Below are positions 30,020 to 40,144 of a stretch of 64,000 nucleotides of DNA, piece after piece (within the stretch, counting starts at the first letter, position 1; each line of letters starts with the position of its first letter). A program made the translations under genes and the position numbers. Source of the stretch: Thermodesulfovibrionales bacterium (GTDB lineage: Bacteria; Nitrospirota; Thermodesulfovibrionia; Thermodesulfovibrionales; SM23-35); contig CAVQRT010000007.1 of assembly GCA_963715195.1 (NCBI GenBank), forward strand, positions 192,001 through 256,000. Reading direction: 5' to 3'. The notes beneath the pieces are model-generated. The model was not told where the DNA came from. It did no database searches and was given only the letters and a program-made list of their open reading frames with translations.

Positions 30020-31658
30020 GTTCAAGTTTTCTTATGGCAGCATGAACAAAGTCCTTGAGAAAATCGCTGCCCGACTCCTTCACAGCGTGAAGCTCGGGCA
30101 GCGCGTCATTCATTCCCAAAAGTCCGAGGGCGAACGCTGCACACGCCCTGTTTTCTTCGTTCCTGGCCCTGCCAAAAAAGGTTTTTTTTCTAAGCGCTGT
30201 CATGAGAAAATCAAACACTGTCTGATCCTTCCACCGGGCAAGGATTTCATAAAATGCCTTCTTCTCTTCGAAATCCTTTTCCCGGAAGGTTTTGTTTGAT
30301 ATCTTCTCGAGGATGATCTTTTTTGCCACTTCTGTGCCGATCGTGCCGAATGATCTCGCAGCAGCCATCCTGATCTCGGGGTCTGCGTCATCGAGACACT
30401 CTCTGAGGGTCTGAATGACTTCCTGGCCGCCCAGTTCACCAAGCGCCTTTATGCCTTCTTTCCTGACCCGGATATCACTGTGCCGCACCGTTCTGAGGAG
30501 ATATTCGGTTGCCCTGCGGTCAGCGATCTTCCTGAGGATGTAAATAATGTTCCTGACCAGATACCATTTCTGATCTTCAAGGCCTTTTGCGATCAACTCA
30601 ATATCCTTCTTACCGAGGACAATCAGCGCATCGATTACATGCTTCCGTGCGCGAACTGTTTTCAGTTCCCCGAGATACTGGATGAGTGGCCGAATGGCAT
30701 TTTTGTCAAGAAAACCGATAAATTCCTCGTAGACTTGATGGTCGATCTCTAAGGTGCTGTCGAGGATTTCAGCAAGATGACCAACGACCTCCTGCTGTCC
30801 GAGGTGCTGGGAGAGTATCCTGTAATAGTCTTTCCCGCTTTCTTTCAGCGACGGTTCTTCCATGATATCCCGTGTGCGTCTCATAATCTGTCCAACCAGC
30901 ACCAGGTCTCCGTGCCGTATGCAGAGAGAAATAGCATCTCTGATGAATTGAAATGTCTCGTTCACCTCTGCCTGCCTTTCCGACAGGTATACAAGCTCGA
31001 AGAGGATTGATATCAGCTTCTCCAGCTTTCCCGCGGAGTCCTTTTCCAGTTCTCTCACCAGCATCTGCAAGTCTTTGTCCGACAGCGGCACAACAGATAT
31101 TTCCTGCCGGTCATCCTCCTGAAAACCGTCCGTGTATGCCTTCATCAGCTCATTGACGTCGGTCGCCTGCTCTTTTACTTGCCGCTCAGCCCTTGTTTCG
31201 TAATCCTCTTCATCGATATCGACGAGAAAAGCCTCATCAACAACATAATGTATATTCTGGAAGTCTCTCTCCCATAGCAGCGTCACAACATCGTCGTCGA
31301 TCTCCTCACGTTCAAATTCTCGAGCGATGATTTTGAGGAATTCTTCGAGCTCATCACGGGTTAATCCTTTTTTGAATGTCAGTTCACGCAGTCCGTCCTT
31401 AAAGAAGAAGAGCGCAAGGTTATCTTCCTTCTCAGGATTGGAATAGATTTCTTCAGTTTCATGGCAGATGCTGTGCTGCCTTATCTGCAGCTTAAACTCA
31501 TCACGGTAATCAAGATACCCCGCAAAACGGGCATAGGCATCCTCAAGGGTTCTTATATAGATTGGGTTATTTTCAGGATACATCCTGATGTTCTTCTTTG
31601 CTTTGATGAGATTCTGGAGGATATCCTTTGCTTCCCGGATTTCTTCAGAAATTTCCAT
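30009..31658 (-). CDS. HEAT-repeat protein
   Basis: Repeats such as D.KWYLVRN, D.RVRKE.I.ALG, D.EIR.AAA; acidic linker; overlaps the HD-GYP start. Confidence 0.85.
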   Translation of the reverse strand: MEISEEIREAKDILQNLIKAKKNIRMYPENNPIYIRTLEDAYARFAGYLDYRDEFKLQIRQHSICHETEEIYSNPEKEDNLALFFFKDGLRELTFKKGLTRDELEEFLKIIAREFEREEIDDDVVTLLWERDFQNIHYVVDEAFLVDIDEEDYETRAERQVKEQATDVNELMKAYTDGFQEDDRQEISVVPLSDKDLQMLVRELEKDSAGKLEKLISILFELVYLSERQAEVNETFQFIRDAISLCIRHGDLVLVGQIMRRTRDIMEEPSLKESGKDYYRILSQHLGQQEVVGHLAEILDSTLEIDHQVYEEFIGFLDKNAIRPLIQYLGELKTVRARKHVIDALIVLGKKDIELIAKGLEDQKWYLVRNIIYILRKIADRRATEYLLRTVRHSDIRVRKEGIKALGELGGQEVIQTLRECLDDADPEIRMAAARSFGTIGTEVAKKIILEKISNKTFREKDFEEKKAFYEILARWKDQTVFDFLMTALRKKTFFGRARNEENRACAAFALGLLGMNDALPELHAVKESGSDFLKDFVHAAIRKLEHDR

Positions 31659-31695
31659 GCCTAAAAGTATCACACCTCTCTCAAACGGTCAAATG

Positions 31696-31974
31696 TTAAA
31701 TGAGCAGGATTTTTCTCTCACGTGCAAAGTTCTTGAGAATCATGAGGGAGGAATTCAGCCTCTGGAGACGGATATTCCTGTGCCTGATTGCCCGGGTGTC
31801 ACCATGAGGGAATTTCTCACCGCGGATTTCTATCTGTGCTTTTGCGATCTCCTGATAAAGTCCTTTGAGCGATTCGCTTTCTATGCTCTTTAAAAAAAGT
31901 GGGTTGACAACAATATATCCCTCTGCGATGTCAAAGGCTGTCGCCTTAAAGCTTTTCCCCCGTATGGTCGGCAT
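31696..31974 (-). CDS. Hypothetical protein
   Basis: 92-aa ORF whose start overlaps the tatC stop. Confidence 0.7.
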   Translation of the reverse strand: MPTIRGKSFKATAFDIAEGYIVVNPLFLKSIESESLKGLYQEIAKAQIEIRGEKFPHGDTRAIRHRNIRLQRLNSSLMILKNFARERKILLI

Positions 31975-32756
31975 TAGTGCACCGCAGGGCGTATGAATAT
32001 TCTGGACATCAGAATCCCCACCTCATAGAGGACAATCATCGGAACAGCCATGAGCGTCTGATTAAATACATCCGGCGTGGGAGTCAGGATAGCCGCAACA
32101 ATAAAGGCGATGAGAACCGCATACTTCCGGTATTTTGCGAGAGTCTGCGGCGTCACAAAGCCCATCTTCGTAAAGAAGATGATAATGATGGGAAGTTCGA
32201 AGACGGCACCGAATGCGAGGACAAACTTGAGACAGAAATCAACATAGAGTCCGACAGAGAGCATTGGCATCATAAAATCGCCGACCTTGTATGTGAGCAG
32301 AAAACTCATGGCAAAGGGAAGAACGATAAAAAAACAGAACGCCGCGCCGACCAGGAAAAGACCGGTTGCCATTATCACGAACGGAACGACATATTTTTTC
32401 TCCTTTGAATGGAGGCCCGGAGAGACAAAACTCCATAACTGCTGGAAAATGACCGGCAGGGCAAGGATCAGGGCGGCGACCATCGAAATCTTCATATTCA
32501 TCCAGAAGGCCTCAGTCGGCGAGAGGAAAACAAGCTTGGTAGTCTCCAGTTTATCGTGATAAGCATAGTACATATACATTTTTTTGACCGAGAAGTCCAG
32601 GGTATACCGAAGCGGGAACATAAGAAACCTCATGAGCTGCTCTGAAAAAGTGAATGCAATTGCGAAGGTAACGCACACGGCGATCAACGACACCGTTATC
32701 TTCTTCCTGAAATCACCGAGGTGCTCCATGAAACTCATTATCTTGGTATCTGCCAT
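31974..32756 (-). CDS. tatC: Twin-arginine translocase TatC
   Basis: M.FMEHL, SPTEAF, F.SPGL...EK, FELP, AAILTP.PD. Confidence 0.96.
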   Translation of the reverse strand: MADTKIMSFMEHLGDFRKKITVSLIAVCVTFAIAFTFSEQLMRFLMFPLRYTLDFSVKKMYMYYAYHDKLETTKLVFLSPTEAFWMNMKISMVAALILALPVIFQQLWSFVSPGLHSKEKKYVVPFVIMATGLFLVGAAFCFFIVLPFAMSFLLTYKVGDFMMPMLSVGLYVDFCLKFVLAFGAVFELPIIIIFFTKMGFVTPQTLAKYRKYAVLIAFIVAAILTPTPDVFNQTLMAVPMIVLYEVGILMSRIFIRPAVH

Positions 32757-32874
32757 GTCAGTCCTCCGACTTCACCGGGTAATTGCAGTTCTGTTTGTTC
32801 ATGTTAAAGGGATTTAATCTCAATGGCATGCCTAAATTGGTGCTTCCTGAGATGAATGCTGAACTTCCCGGGGT

Positions 32875-33252
32875 TCAATGCTCCTTATCAGAACGTTCAT
32901 GTTCCTCTATCTCCCTCGAAGTTTCCTTCAGTGATTTATTGATCTCTTCAGACTCAGCCTCCACCTGTTCCTTCACTTCCTGCATCGTGCTTTCAACGGT
33001 TTTGCTCGCAGATTTTATTTCAGTTGTAATCTCTTTCTGGGCATCCGTTATCGCTCCCCGTATCTCTGAGGACGCCTCCTTGACTTCTTTTAACTCGTCT
33101 TCTACCGACTCTTTTACGTCCTGCAGAGCCTTCTTTAATTCTCCCAGTCCTTTTCCTATGACCCTTCCCAATTCGGGGAGCTTCTTCGGACCGAATACAA
33201 GAAGCGCAACGATGAATATCACCATCAGTTCAGGCATCCCGATATCAAACAT
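32875..33252 (-). CDS. tatB: Twin-arginine translocase TatB (TatA/B family)
   Basis: MFDIGMPEL...ALLVFGPKKLPE and a long charged tail. Confidence 0.85.
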   Translation of the reverse strand: MFDIGMPELMVIFIVALLVFGPKKLPELGRVIGKGLGELKKALQDVKESVEDELKEVKEASSEIRGAITDAQKEITTEIKSASKTVESTMQEVKEQVEAESEEINKSLKETSREIEEHERSDKEH

Positions 33253-33259
33253 GCGTCAG

Positions 33260-34042
33260 CTATTCCTCCTCGTATATTGTGCGGATCTTCTTCTTTTCCT
33301 TAGGCGATAAAACTGTCACGGAGAACAGCACCCTGGTTTCCGGGTTTCTGTTTTTTAGATCAAACCCTACCCCGAATGTCGTATAGATCATATCTGCAGT
33401 CTTCAACCTGTATCCCATTCTCAGCTCAGCCAGATCAATCTTTTCTGATTCATGGCTTTTTCTGCAATATAATTCAGCGAGAAATTTAAACGTATGTGCT
33501 GCTGCAAAATCAAGCCCCGCAAGAAAAGATATCTCCTCATCGAGACTTCGTCTCCCGGGTTCCTCATAAAAGAGATTTAGATGTCCGTTAACAGGCCCTA
33601 CCTTTTTGCTCAAAACGAGTCCGATGCCGTATCGTCCATTGGTGGTGACATTCTCCGCTCCGGAAGGCACGGAAGCATTCAGGATAAAGGCAAGAGATGG
33701 CCCGTACTTGCCCTCATCAAAAAACCTGTGCTTGATACCGAACGCAACATCCTCAAAACCGTCCCCGGTATCATTGCCAAAATCATACGGGATCGTCATC
33801 ATGAGTTCTAGGGTATCCGTTACACCAAATGCAGTTTTCAGAACAGACCGGTAATAGTCCGGATCTATTGATATTTCGGCTCCCGCAGAAAAAGCAACTT
33901 TTCCTTTTGGGAGACTTTCAGCGCTAAAGGTTGTGAAGACTCCGTAGGGGTCAACAGGCTGAAGTCCCTTCACATCAAAAGCATAGGTATTTTTGAAGAG
34001 GAAAAGTGGTAAAAAAACAAGGAATATAAAGCACTTTTTCAT
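33260..34042 (-). CDS. Exported beta-rich protein (putative outer-membrane transporter, MetA-pathway-like)
   Basis: Signal peptide, alternating beta-strand pattern, D...G.K.RF motif. Confidence 0.6.
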   Translation of the reverse strand: MKKCFIFLVFLPLFLFKNTYAFDVKGLQPVDPYGVFTTFSAESLPKGKVAFSAGAEISIDPDYYRSVLKTAFGVTDTLELMMTIPYDFGNDTGDGFEDVAFGIKHRFFDEGKYGPSLAFILNASVPSGAENVTTNGRYGIGLVLSKKVGPVNGHLNLFYEEPGRRSLDEEISFLAGLDFAAAHTFKFLAELYCRKSHESEKIDLAELRMGYRLKTADMIYTTFGVGFDLKNRNPETRVLFSVTVLSPKEKKKIRTIYEEE

Positions 34043-34047
34043 GGTTA

Positions 34048-34077
34048 AACATAGCAGAAAAATCTTAGGGGTGTCAA
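34048..34077 (-). promoter_or_regulatory. Sigma70 promoter for the 34042 gene (likely leaderless)
   Basis: TTGACA-18-TATGTT with extended TG; ATG follows after 5 nt. Confidence 0.55.
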
Positions 34078-34117
34078 TGTTCCATGAAACATCTAACCTC
34101 ATATTCATGCCTCTGCA

Positions 34118-34147
34118 TTGACAAAGATCACTGCCGGAAAATATAAT
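34118..34147 (+). promoter_or_regulatory. Sigma70 promoter for trxA-ffh
   Basis: TTGACA-18 bp-TATAAT, both hexamers consensus. Confidence 0.75.
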
Positions 34148-34196
34148 TAACAAAAGCAAATTCCCCTGATTTCGCACGGGGCTATAGGAGGTTGGT

Positions 34197-34529
34197 ATGG
34201 CAGAAGGTGTGGTCGAGGTTACAACAGCAAACTGGGATAATGAGGTAATGAAGGCTCAAGGACTCGTTATGATCGACTTCTGGGCAGCATGGTGCGGCCC
34301 TTGCAGAATGATATCGCCTACCGTTGAGGAACTCGCAAAAGAGTACAGCGGAAAGATAAAAGTTTTCAAGCTCAACACCGATGAAAATTCGGAGATCGCA
34401 AGCCGATACAAAATCATGGGAATTCCTACGATCATGTTTTTTAAAGACGGCGCCAAACTTGATCAAATCGTTGGTGTAGTTCCGAAACAGCAGTTGAAGG
34501 CAAAATTGGACTCTTTTCTCGCTGCATAA
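34197..34529 (+). CDS. trxA: Thioredoxin
   Basis: WCGPC active site; AGGAGG SD. Confidence 0.97.
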   Translation: MAEGVVEVTTANWDNEVMKAQGLVMIDFWAAWCGPCRMISPTVEELAKEYSGKIKVFKLNTDENSEIASRYKIMGIPTIMFFKDGAKLDQIVGVVPKQQLKAKLDSFLAA

Positions 34530-34602
34530 TGGTCAGTTTCTTACCACACTATTGTGCATGAAGTCTTCAGAATCATAAAAGAACAGCGGACATTTTCCTG
34601 TC

Positions 34603-35922
34603 ATGTTTGAATCCCTCACCGAAAAATTAGAATCCATATTCAAACGGCTAAAAGGGAAAGGCCTCCTGAAGGAAGAGGATGTTGAGGTTGCCCTGAAGGA
34701 GATACGCCTTGCACTTCTGGAGGCGGATGTCAATTTCAGAGTCGTTAAGGATTTTATTCAGAAGATACGGGCAAAGGCTGTCGGGAAAGAAGTGCTCGAG
34801 AGCCTCACTCCCGGCCAGCAGGTCATTAAAATCGTCAATGAAGAACTCTGTGAGCTCCTCGGAAAAACAAACGCCAGAATTCCTTTGGCACCGAATCCCC
34901 CCACGATTATCATGATGGTAGGGCTCCACGGGTCAGGAAAAACGACAACTGCCGCAAAACTGGCTCGCCTCTTCAAAAAAGAGGGCAGAAGACCGATGCT
35001 TGTGGCGGCAGACCTGCAGCGTCCGGCAGCAATCGACCAACTCATTGCACTTGGCGCTCAGATTGATGTGCCCGTATACCATGCGAGAGATGTTGGGAAT
35101 CCCGTTCAACTCTGCATGGATTCCCTGAAAAAGGCAAAGCTTGATGCGCGTGACATCATAATTCTCGACACTGCCGGAAGACTTCACATCGATGAATCCC
35201 TCATGGCTGAGTTGAAGAAGATTAAGGAAAATGTCTCACCAAAAGAGGTTATTTTCGTCGCAGACGCCATGACTGGACAGGATGCCGTCACGATTGCAAA
35301 AAACTTTGAAGAACAGATAGGCATCGACGGAATCATCCTCACCAAGATGGATGGTGATGCGCGGGGCGGGGCGGCAATCTCCATTATCTCGGTAACGGGC
35401 AAACCGATCAAATTTATCGGAACAGGTGAAAAAATTGAGATGCTCGAACCATTTTATCCCGACAGGATAGCGTCAAGAATCCTCGGCATGGGAGACGTTC
35501 TCAGCCTGATAGAGCAGGCGCAAAAGACCTTTGATCAGAAAGAAGCTGAAAAGCTTCAGAAAACGATCATGGACGAGTCATTCACCTTTGATGATCTGAG
35601 GGAGCAGCTCAAAAAAATGCGCAGTATGGGTTCTCTCGAAAACCTCCTTGCTATGATTCCCGGGTTTCAAAAAGTCAAGAACCTTGACATAGATGAACGG
35701 GAACTCGTTAAAGTTGAAGCAATTATCAATTCAATGACCAAAAAGGAACGGAAGGATCATACGGTTCTCAACGGAAGCAGACGGAGAAGAATTGCCACGG
35801 GAAGCGGCACGACAGTTCCCGACGTAAACCGGGTCGTCAAGCAGTATATAGAGATCAGGAAGATGCTCAAGATGTTCAAAGGCAAGAAGGGCTTCAAGTT
35901 GCCCAAAGTCCTGCCGTTCTAA
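34603..35922 (+). CDS. ffh: Signal recognition particle protein
   Basis: GLHGSGKTT, DTAGR, TKMDGDARGG and the M domain. Confidence 0.97.
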   Translation: MFESLTEKLESIFKRLKGKGLLKEEDVEVALKEIRLALLEADVNFRVVKDFIQKIRAKAVGKEVLESLTPGQQVIKIVNEELCELLGKTNARIPLAPNPPTIIMMVGLHGSGKTTTAAKLARLFKKEGRRPMLVAADLQRPAAIDQLIALGAQIDVPVYHARDVGNPVQLCMDSLKKAKLDARDIIILDTAGRLHIDESLMAELKKIKENVSPKEVIFVADAMTGQDAVTIAKNFEEQIGIDGIILTKMDGDARGGAAISIISVTGKPIKFIGTGEKIEMLEPFYPDRIASRILGMGDVLSLIEQAQKTFDQKEAEKLQKTIMDESFTFDDLREQLKKMRSMGSLENLLAMIPGFQKVKNLDIDERELVKVEAIINSMTKKERKDHTVLNGSRRRRIATGSGTTVPDVNRVVKQYIEIRKMLKMFKGKKGFKLPKVLPF

Positions 35923-35935
35923 GAACAGTTCATTC

Positions 35936-36607
35936 GTGACCACCCAAAAAATCTCTTTGGAAGATATCCATTACGTCCTCCTCGATATGGACGGAACACT
36001 CCTCGACAAATACTTTGACGATTTCTTCTGGGAGCAGCTTATTCCTGAACATTACGCTGTAAAACACCGCATGTCGTTCGGGAAGGCAAAGACTGAACTG
36101 ATGAAGAAGTATAAAGTGCATGAAGGAACCTTAAAATGGACAGACCTCGACTTCTGGTCACAGGAGCTCAACCTTGATATTCCCGCTCTGAAAGAACAGA
36201 TAAAACATCTGATCGATGTCCACCCGCATGTTGAAGATTTCCTGAAACTGATGAAACAGATGGAGAAAAAAGTTTTTCTGGTCACGAACGCACATTACAA
36301 GTCAATTGACCTGAAATTCAGGAAAACACAGATCGGGAAATACTTTGATTCTGTGCTTTCGTCCTTTGATGCCGGATATCCGAAAGAGAGCCTTCAGTTC
36401 TGGGCGGCAGCTGAAGACCGACTCGGATTCGAGAAACAGAAGACACTCTTTATCGATGATACAGAAGAAATCCTCAGGACTGCAAAAAAGTACGGGATAC
36501 AATACATTCTCCATAAAGCGAGATCAAATTCACAGTTGCAACCGTACATTTCGCATGAGTTCATGCAAATTCACGATTTTGACGAACTGATACCACCGCT
36601 TACGTAG
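35936..36607 (+). CDS. HAD-family hydrolase (YrfG-like nucleotidase)
   Basis: DMDGTLLD, VTNAH and FIDD motifs. Confidence 0.88.
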   Translation: MTTQKISLEDIHYVLLDMDGTLLDKYFDDFFWEQLIPEHYAVKHRMSFGKAKTELMKKYKVHEGTLKWTDLDFWSQELNLDIPALKEQIKHLIDVHPHVEDFLKLMKQMEKKVFLVTNAHYKSIDLKFRKTQIGKYFDSVLSSFDAGYPKESLQFWAAAEDRLGFEKQKTLFIDDTEEILRTAKKYGIQYILHKARSNSQLQPYISHEFMQIHDFDELIPPLT

Positions 36608-36652
36608 AATACATTGTCATTCATTCCCCTGATAGCGTAAAATATTCCGCTT

Positions 36653-38371
36653 ATGAACAACGTCTGCCCTATAGAGCTTACGAAAGATCCGAAGATCGCT
36701 TATTTTTCGATGGAAATAGGCATTCAGAACGACATACCTACTTACAGCGGCGGACTCGGGGTGCTCGCCGGCGATACAATCAGAACAGCAGCCGACCTGA
36801 AACTGCCGATGGTTGCTGTAACACTCTTGACGAGAAAGGGATATTTTATTCAGAAACTTGACGATACCGGCAGACAGAGTGAGCATCCGTACTCCTGGAA
36901 TCCCGAGCGCCATATGACATTGCTGCCGATAAAGGTCGCCGTTGCCATCGAAGGGCGCGATGTCCTGATTCAGGCCTGGCAGTACAATGTCACAAGCTTT
37001 ACAGGCGGTTGTGTGCCGATCTTTTTTCTTGATACGGATATCGAAGGGAATACCGGCGAGGACAGGGAAATCACCCATTACCTTTATGGAGGGGATATCG
37101 CATACCGCCTGAAGCAGGAGATCGTCCTCGGGATCGGCGGCGTGAGGATGCTCCATGAACTCGATTTTGAGATCAAGAAATACCACATGAACGAGGGGCA
37201 TTCAAGTCTTCTGACCCTTGAACTCCTGAACAGGTTCAAGCGTCCGATCGAGGATGTATGGGATGAAAGGCTCGTCTGGGATGTCGAAAAAGTAAAAGAC
37301 CTCTGCGTCTTCACGACACACACACCGGTCGAAGCCGGTCATGACAGGTTTCCCTACGATCTCGTCCTCAGGGTCATGGGTGAGATACTGCCCTTGAAGG
37401 TTCTCAAGGAACTGGGCGGTCACGATAATCTGAACATGACCCGTCTGGGCCTGAACCTGAGCGAATTCATCAACGGAGTTGCAAAAAAACACGGGGAAGT
37501 TTCAAGGAATATGTTTCCCGGTTATGAGATCAGCGCTATCACAAATGGTGTGCATACGTTTACCTGGACGTGCGAAAGCTTTAAACGACTGTACGACAAA
37601 TACCTCCCCGGCTGGGCGAACGAGCCGGAATTGTTTGTCCGGGTCGACCGTATTCCGGATAAGGAAATCTGGGAGGCTCACATGGAGGCAAAAGCAATCC
37701 TGCTGGCTTATGTTCAGCAAACAACGGGCATCGATCTTGACCCCGACATCCTGACGATCGGATTTGCACGGAGGGCAACCGCATACAAGCGGGCGGACCT
37801 GATATTCAGTGACGTCGAAAGACTCAAGCGCATCGGTGATGGAAGAATACAGATTATCTTTGCGGGAAAATCACATCCGAAGGACTTATTAGGAAAAAAT
37901 CTGATCGAGAGGATTTTTTCGTTTAAAAGAGCATTAAAAGACCAGATCAAAATGGCATACCTGGATAATTATGATATGTCCATTGCGCTCAAAATGGTTT
38001 CTGGTGTTGATGTTTGGCTGAACACACCACTCAGGCCGCGGGAGGCATCCGGTACCAGTGGAATGAAAGCTGTGCATAATGGAGTGATAAATTTCAGTGT
38101 GCTCGACGGGTGGTGGATTGAAGGCCATATCGAGAGCGTTACCGGGTGGTCCATAGGACCGAGCCCGACAGAATCAACGTTAATCGACAATCTGGACCAG
38201 AAAGACGCCGCCGACCTGTACGATAAACTCGAGAAGATCATCATTCCCATGTACTACTCAGACCGCCATACCTGGGTCAGGATGATGCTGAATGCGATCA
38301 GTAAGAACGCTTATTACTTCAATACACACCGCATGATGCGCCGTTACGTAACCGAAGCCTACATACGCTAA
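36653..38371 (+). CDS. glgP: Alpha-glucan phosphorylase
   Basis: YFSME, YSGGLGVLAGD, FARR...YKR and EASGTSGMK (PLP lysine). Confidence 0.95.
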   Translation: MNNVCPIELTKDPKIAYFSMEIGIQNDIPTYSGGLGVLAGDTIRTAADLKLPMVAVTLLTRKGYFIQKLDDTGRQSEHPYSWNPERHMTLLPIKVAVAIEGRDVLIQAWQYNVTSFTGGCVPIFFLDTDIEGNTGEDREITHYLYGGDIAYRLKQEIVLGIGGVRMLHELDFEIKKYHMNEGHSSLLTLELLNRFKRPIEDVWDERLVWDVEKVKDLCVFTTHTPVEAGHDRFPYDLVLRVMGEILPLKVLKELGGHDNLNMTRLGLNLSEFINGVAKKHGEVSRNMFPGYEISAITNGVHTFTWTCESFKRLYDKYLPGWANEPELFVRVDRIPDKEIWEAHMEAKAILLAYVQQTTGIDLDPDILTIGFARRATAYKRADLIFSDVERLKRIGDGRIQIIFAGKSHPKDLLGKNLIERIFSFKRALKDQIKMAYLDNYDMSIALKMVSGVDVWLNTPLRPREASGTSGMKAVHNGVINFSVLDGWWIEGHIESVTGWSIGPSPTESTLIDNLDQKDAADLYDKLEKIIIPMYYSDRHTWVRMMLNAISKNAYYFNTHRMMRRYVTEAYIR

Positions 38372-38673
38372 TAGCACATCATGACAGCATGCATGAGGAC
38401 AATATACGTCTTAAATTTTCTTAAGCTCTTTGCCTGATAACCTCATGAAACCTCAACCCAATTAAGACTGAGATCCCTTTATAATAATATTGTAACTGAG
38501 AAAAAAACTTCTGTTAACCGGTGAAAGGTACGCTTGAACAGTAATCGAGCTCATAGTTTCGAAGGTATGGACGTGGGCCGAAGGACTTGCATGTAGCGGA
38601 TGTCTTAACACCTCGCAGGTAAGATAATAGGTCATTGATCCCTATCTGCTCCCTGCCATCTTCTATCTTCTGC

Positions 38674-39930
38674 TTATTGTTCTTTTACTCTCTTTATATC
38701 GGCTCCGATTTTTTGAAGTTTTTCCTCCATGCTCTCGTATCCCCTGTCGAGATGATATATCCTGCGTATCTCCGTCTCCCCCTTTGCCGCGAGCGCTGCC
38801 ACGATGAGTGAAGCACTTGCACGCAGATCCGTAGCCATGAGAGGGGCTCCTTTCAGCATGCTCACACCCTGAACCGTAGCAATCCCTCCTTCCACAATAA
38901 TATCCGCCCCCATTCGAATGAGTTCGGCAACATGCATAAACCTGTTCTCAAATATCGTCTCCTTTATGATACTCGTTCCCTCTGCAACAGACATAAGAGC
39001 CATAAACTGTGCCTGCATATCTGTCGGAAAGCCAGGATACGGCATGGTCGTAATGTTGGTGGACTTCAGCTTTTCCGAACCGGTCACCCGGAGACCTTTT
39101 TCACTGTTCTCGAACACGATTCCGGTCTCTCTGAGTTTCATGATCAGGGCATCGAGGTCCTCAACCCTGCACTCCTTCAGGATAATATCGCTGCCGGTAA
39201 TTCCGGCTATCGTCATGAACGTCCCGGCTTCAATCCTGTCGGGGATGATCGCGTAATTCATGGGCTTCAATTCATCAACACCTTGAATCTCGATAATGCT
39301 TTCACCAGCCCCGCTTATCTGTGCGCCCATTGAAATGAGTGCCCGCGCAAAATCTGCAACTTCAGGTTCACGCGCAGCATTCTCAAGCAGAGTTGATCCT
39401 CTTGCCAGTGAAGCGGCCATCATCAGGTTTTCTGTACCGGTAACCGTCGGCATGTCAAAATAAACTGATGCACCTTTCAGTTTCTTTGCCTTTGCGATCA
39501 CATATCCGCTTTCGAGCTTCACTGTTGCCCCCATCTTTTCCAGACCCATCAGGTGCAGATTGATCGGTCTGGCGCCTATGGCGCATCCTCCCGGCAGAGA
39601 TACTTTTGCACGACCAAATTTTGCGAGGAGCGGTCCAAGCACGAGTATGGACGCCCTCATGGTCCTGACGAGATCATAGGGTGCCTCGTATAACTTAATA
39701 CGCTTTGTATTGACGATTACCTTTCCGTCTTCATAGTGAAACCCGGCCCCGAGATGTGCGAGGAGTCTGCCCATTGTCATAATGTCTCTCAGACACGGCA
39801 CCCTCTGCACCGTCGAATAGCCGGAAGACAGGAGTGATGCCGCCATAATGGGAAGCGCCGCATTCTTTGCCCCGCTTATGGCAACTTCACCCCTGAGTCT
39901 TTTCCCGCCGCGTATGATCAGTTTATCCAC
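38674..39930 (-). CDS. murA: UDP-N-acetylglucosamine 1-carboxyvinyltransferase
   Basis: [23 protein letters not shown] and HLDRGY motifs. Confidence 0.97.
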   Translation of the reverse strand: MDKLIIRGGKRLRGEVAISGAKNAALPIMAASLLSSGYSTVQRVPCLRDIMTMGRLLAHLGAGFHYEDGKVIVNTKRIKLYEAPYDLVRTMRASILVLGPLLAKFGRAKVSLPGGCAIGARPINLHLMGLEKMGATVKLESGYVIAKAKKLKGASVYFDMPTVTGTENLMMAASLARGSTLLENAAREPEVADFARALISMGAQISGAGESIIEIQGVDELKPMNYAIIPDRIEAGTFMTIAGITGSDIILKECRVEDLDALIMKLRETGIVFENSEKGLRVTGSEKLKSTNITTMPYPGFPTDMQAQFMALMSVAEGTSIIKETIFENRFMHVAELIRMGADIIVEGGIATVQGVSMLKGAPLMATDLRASASLIVAALAAKGETEIRRIYHLDRGYESMEEKLQKIGADIKRVKEQ

Positions 39931-40144
39931 CGTTGTTCCTCACACAATAATTTCCAGCTCATTATAATACGAACGGAGGTTACTGCTCAATGTTGCATAT
40001 TTGTCCGGTTCCGGCAGCCTCGTGTCCATGAAGGAGCATATAAAATCCTATTTTCATATTGCTGAAATAAAATTCTGTGAGCTATACTTAGACGCTGACT
40101 TTCTTATTCCAAAATCCCAAGCATTTATAGCCAGGATAAATAAA

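Noticed and set aside
32758..32877. Open frame continuing past the tatB TGA up to tatC (readthrough or selenocysteine)
   Set aside because: No clear SECIS-like hairpin, no Cys-equivalent context, and a 38-codon open stretch is expected by chance
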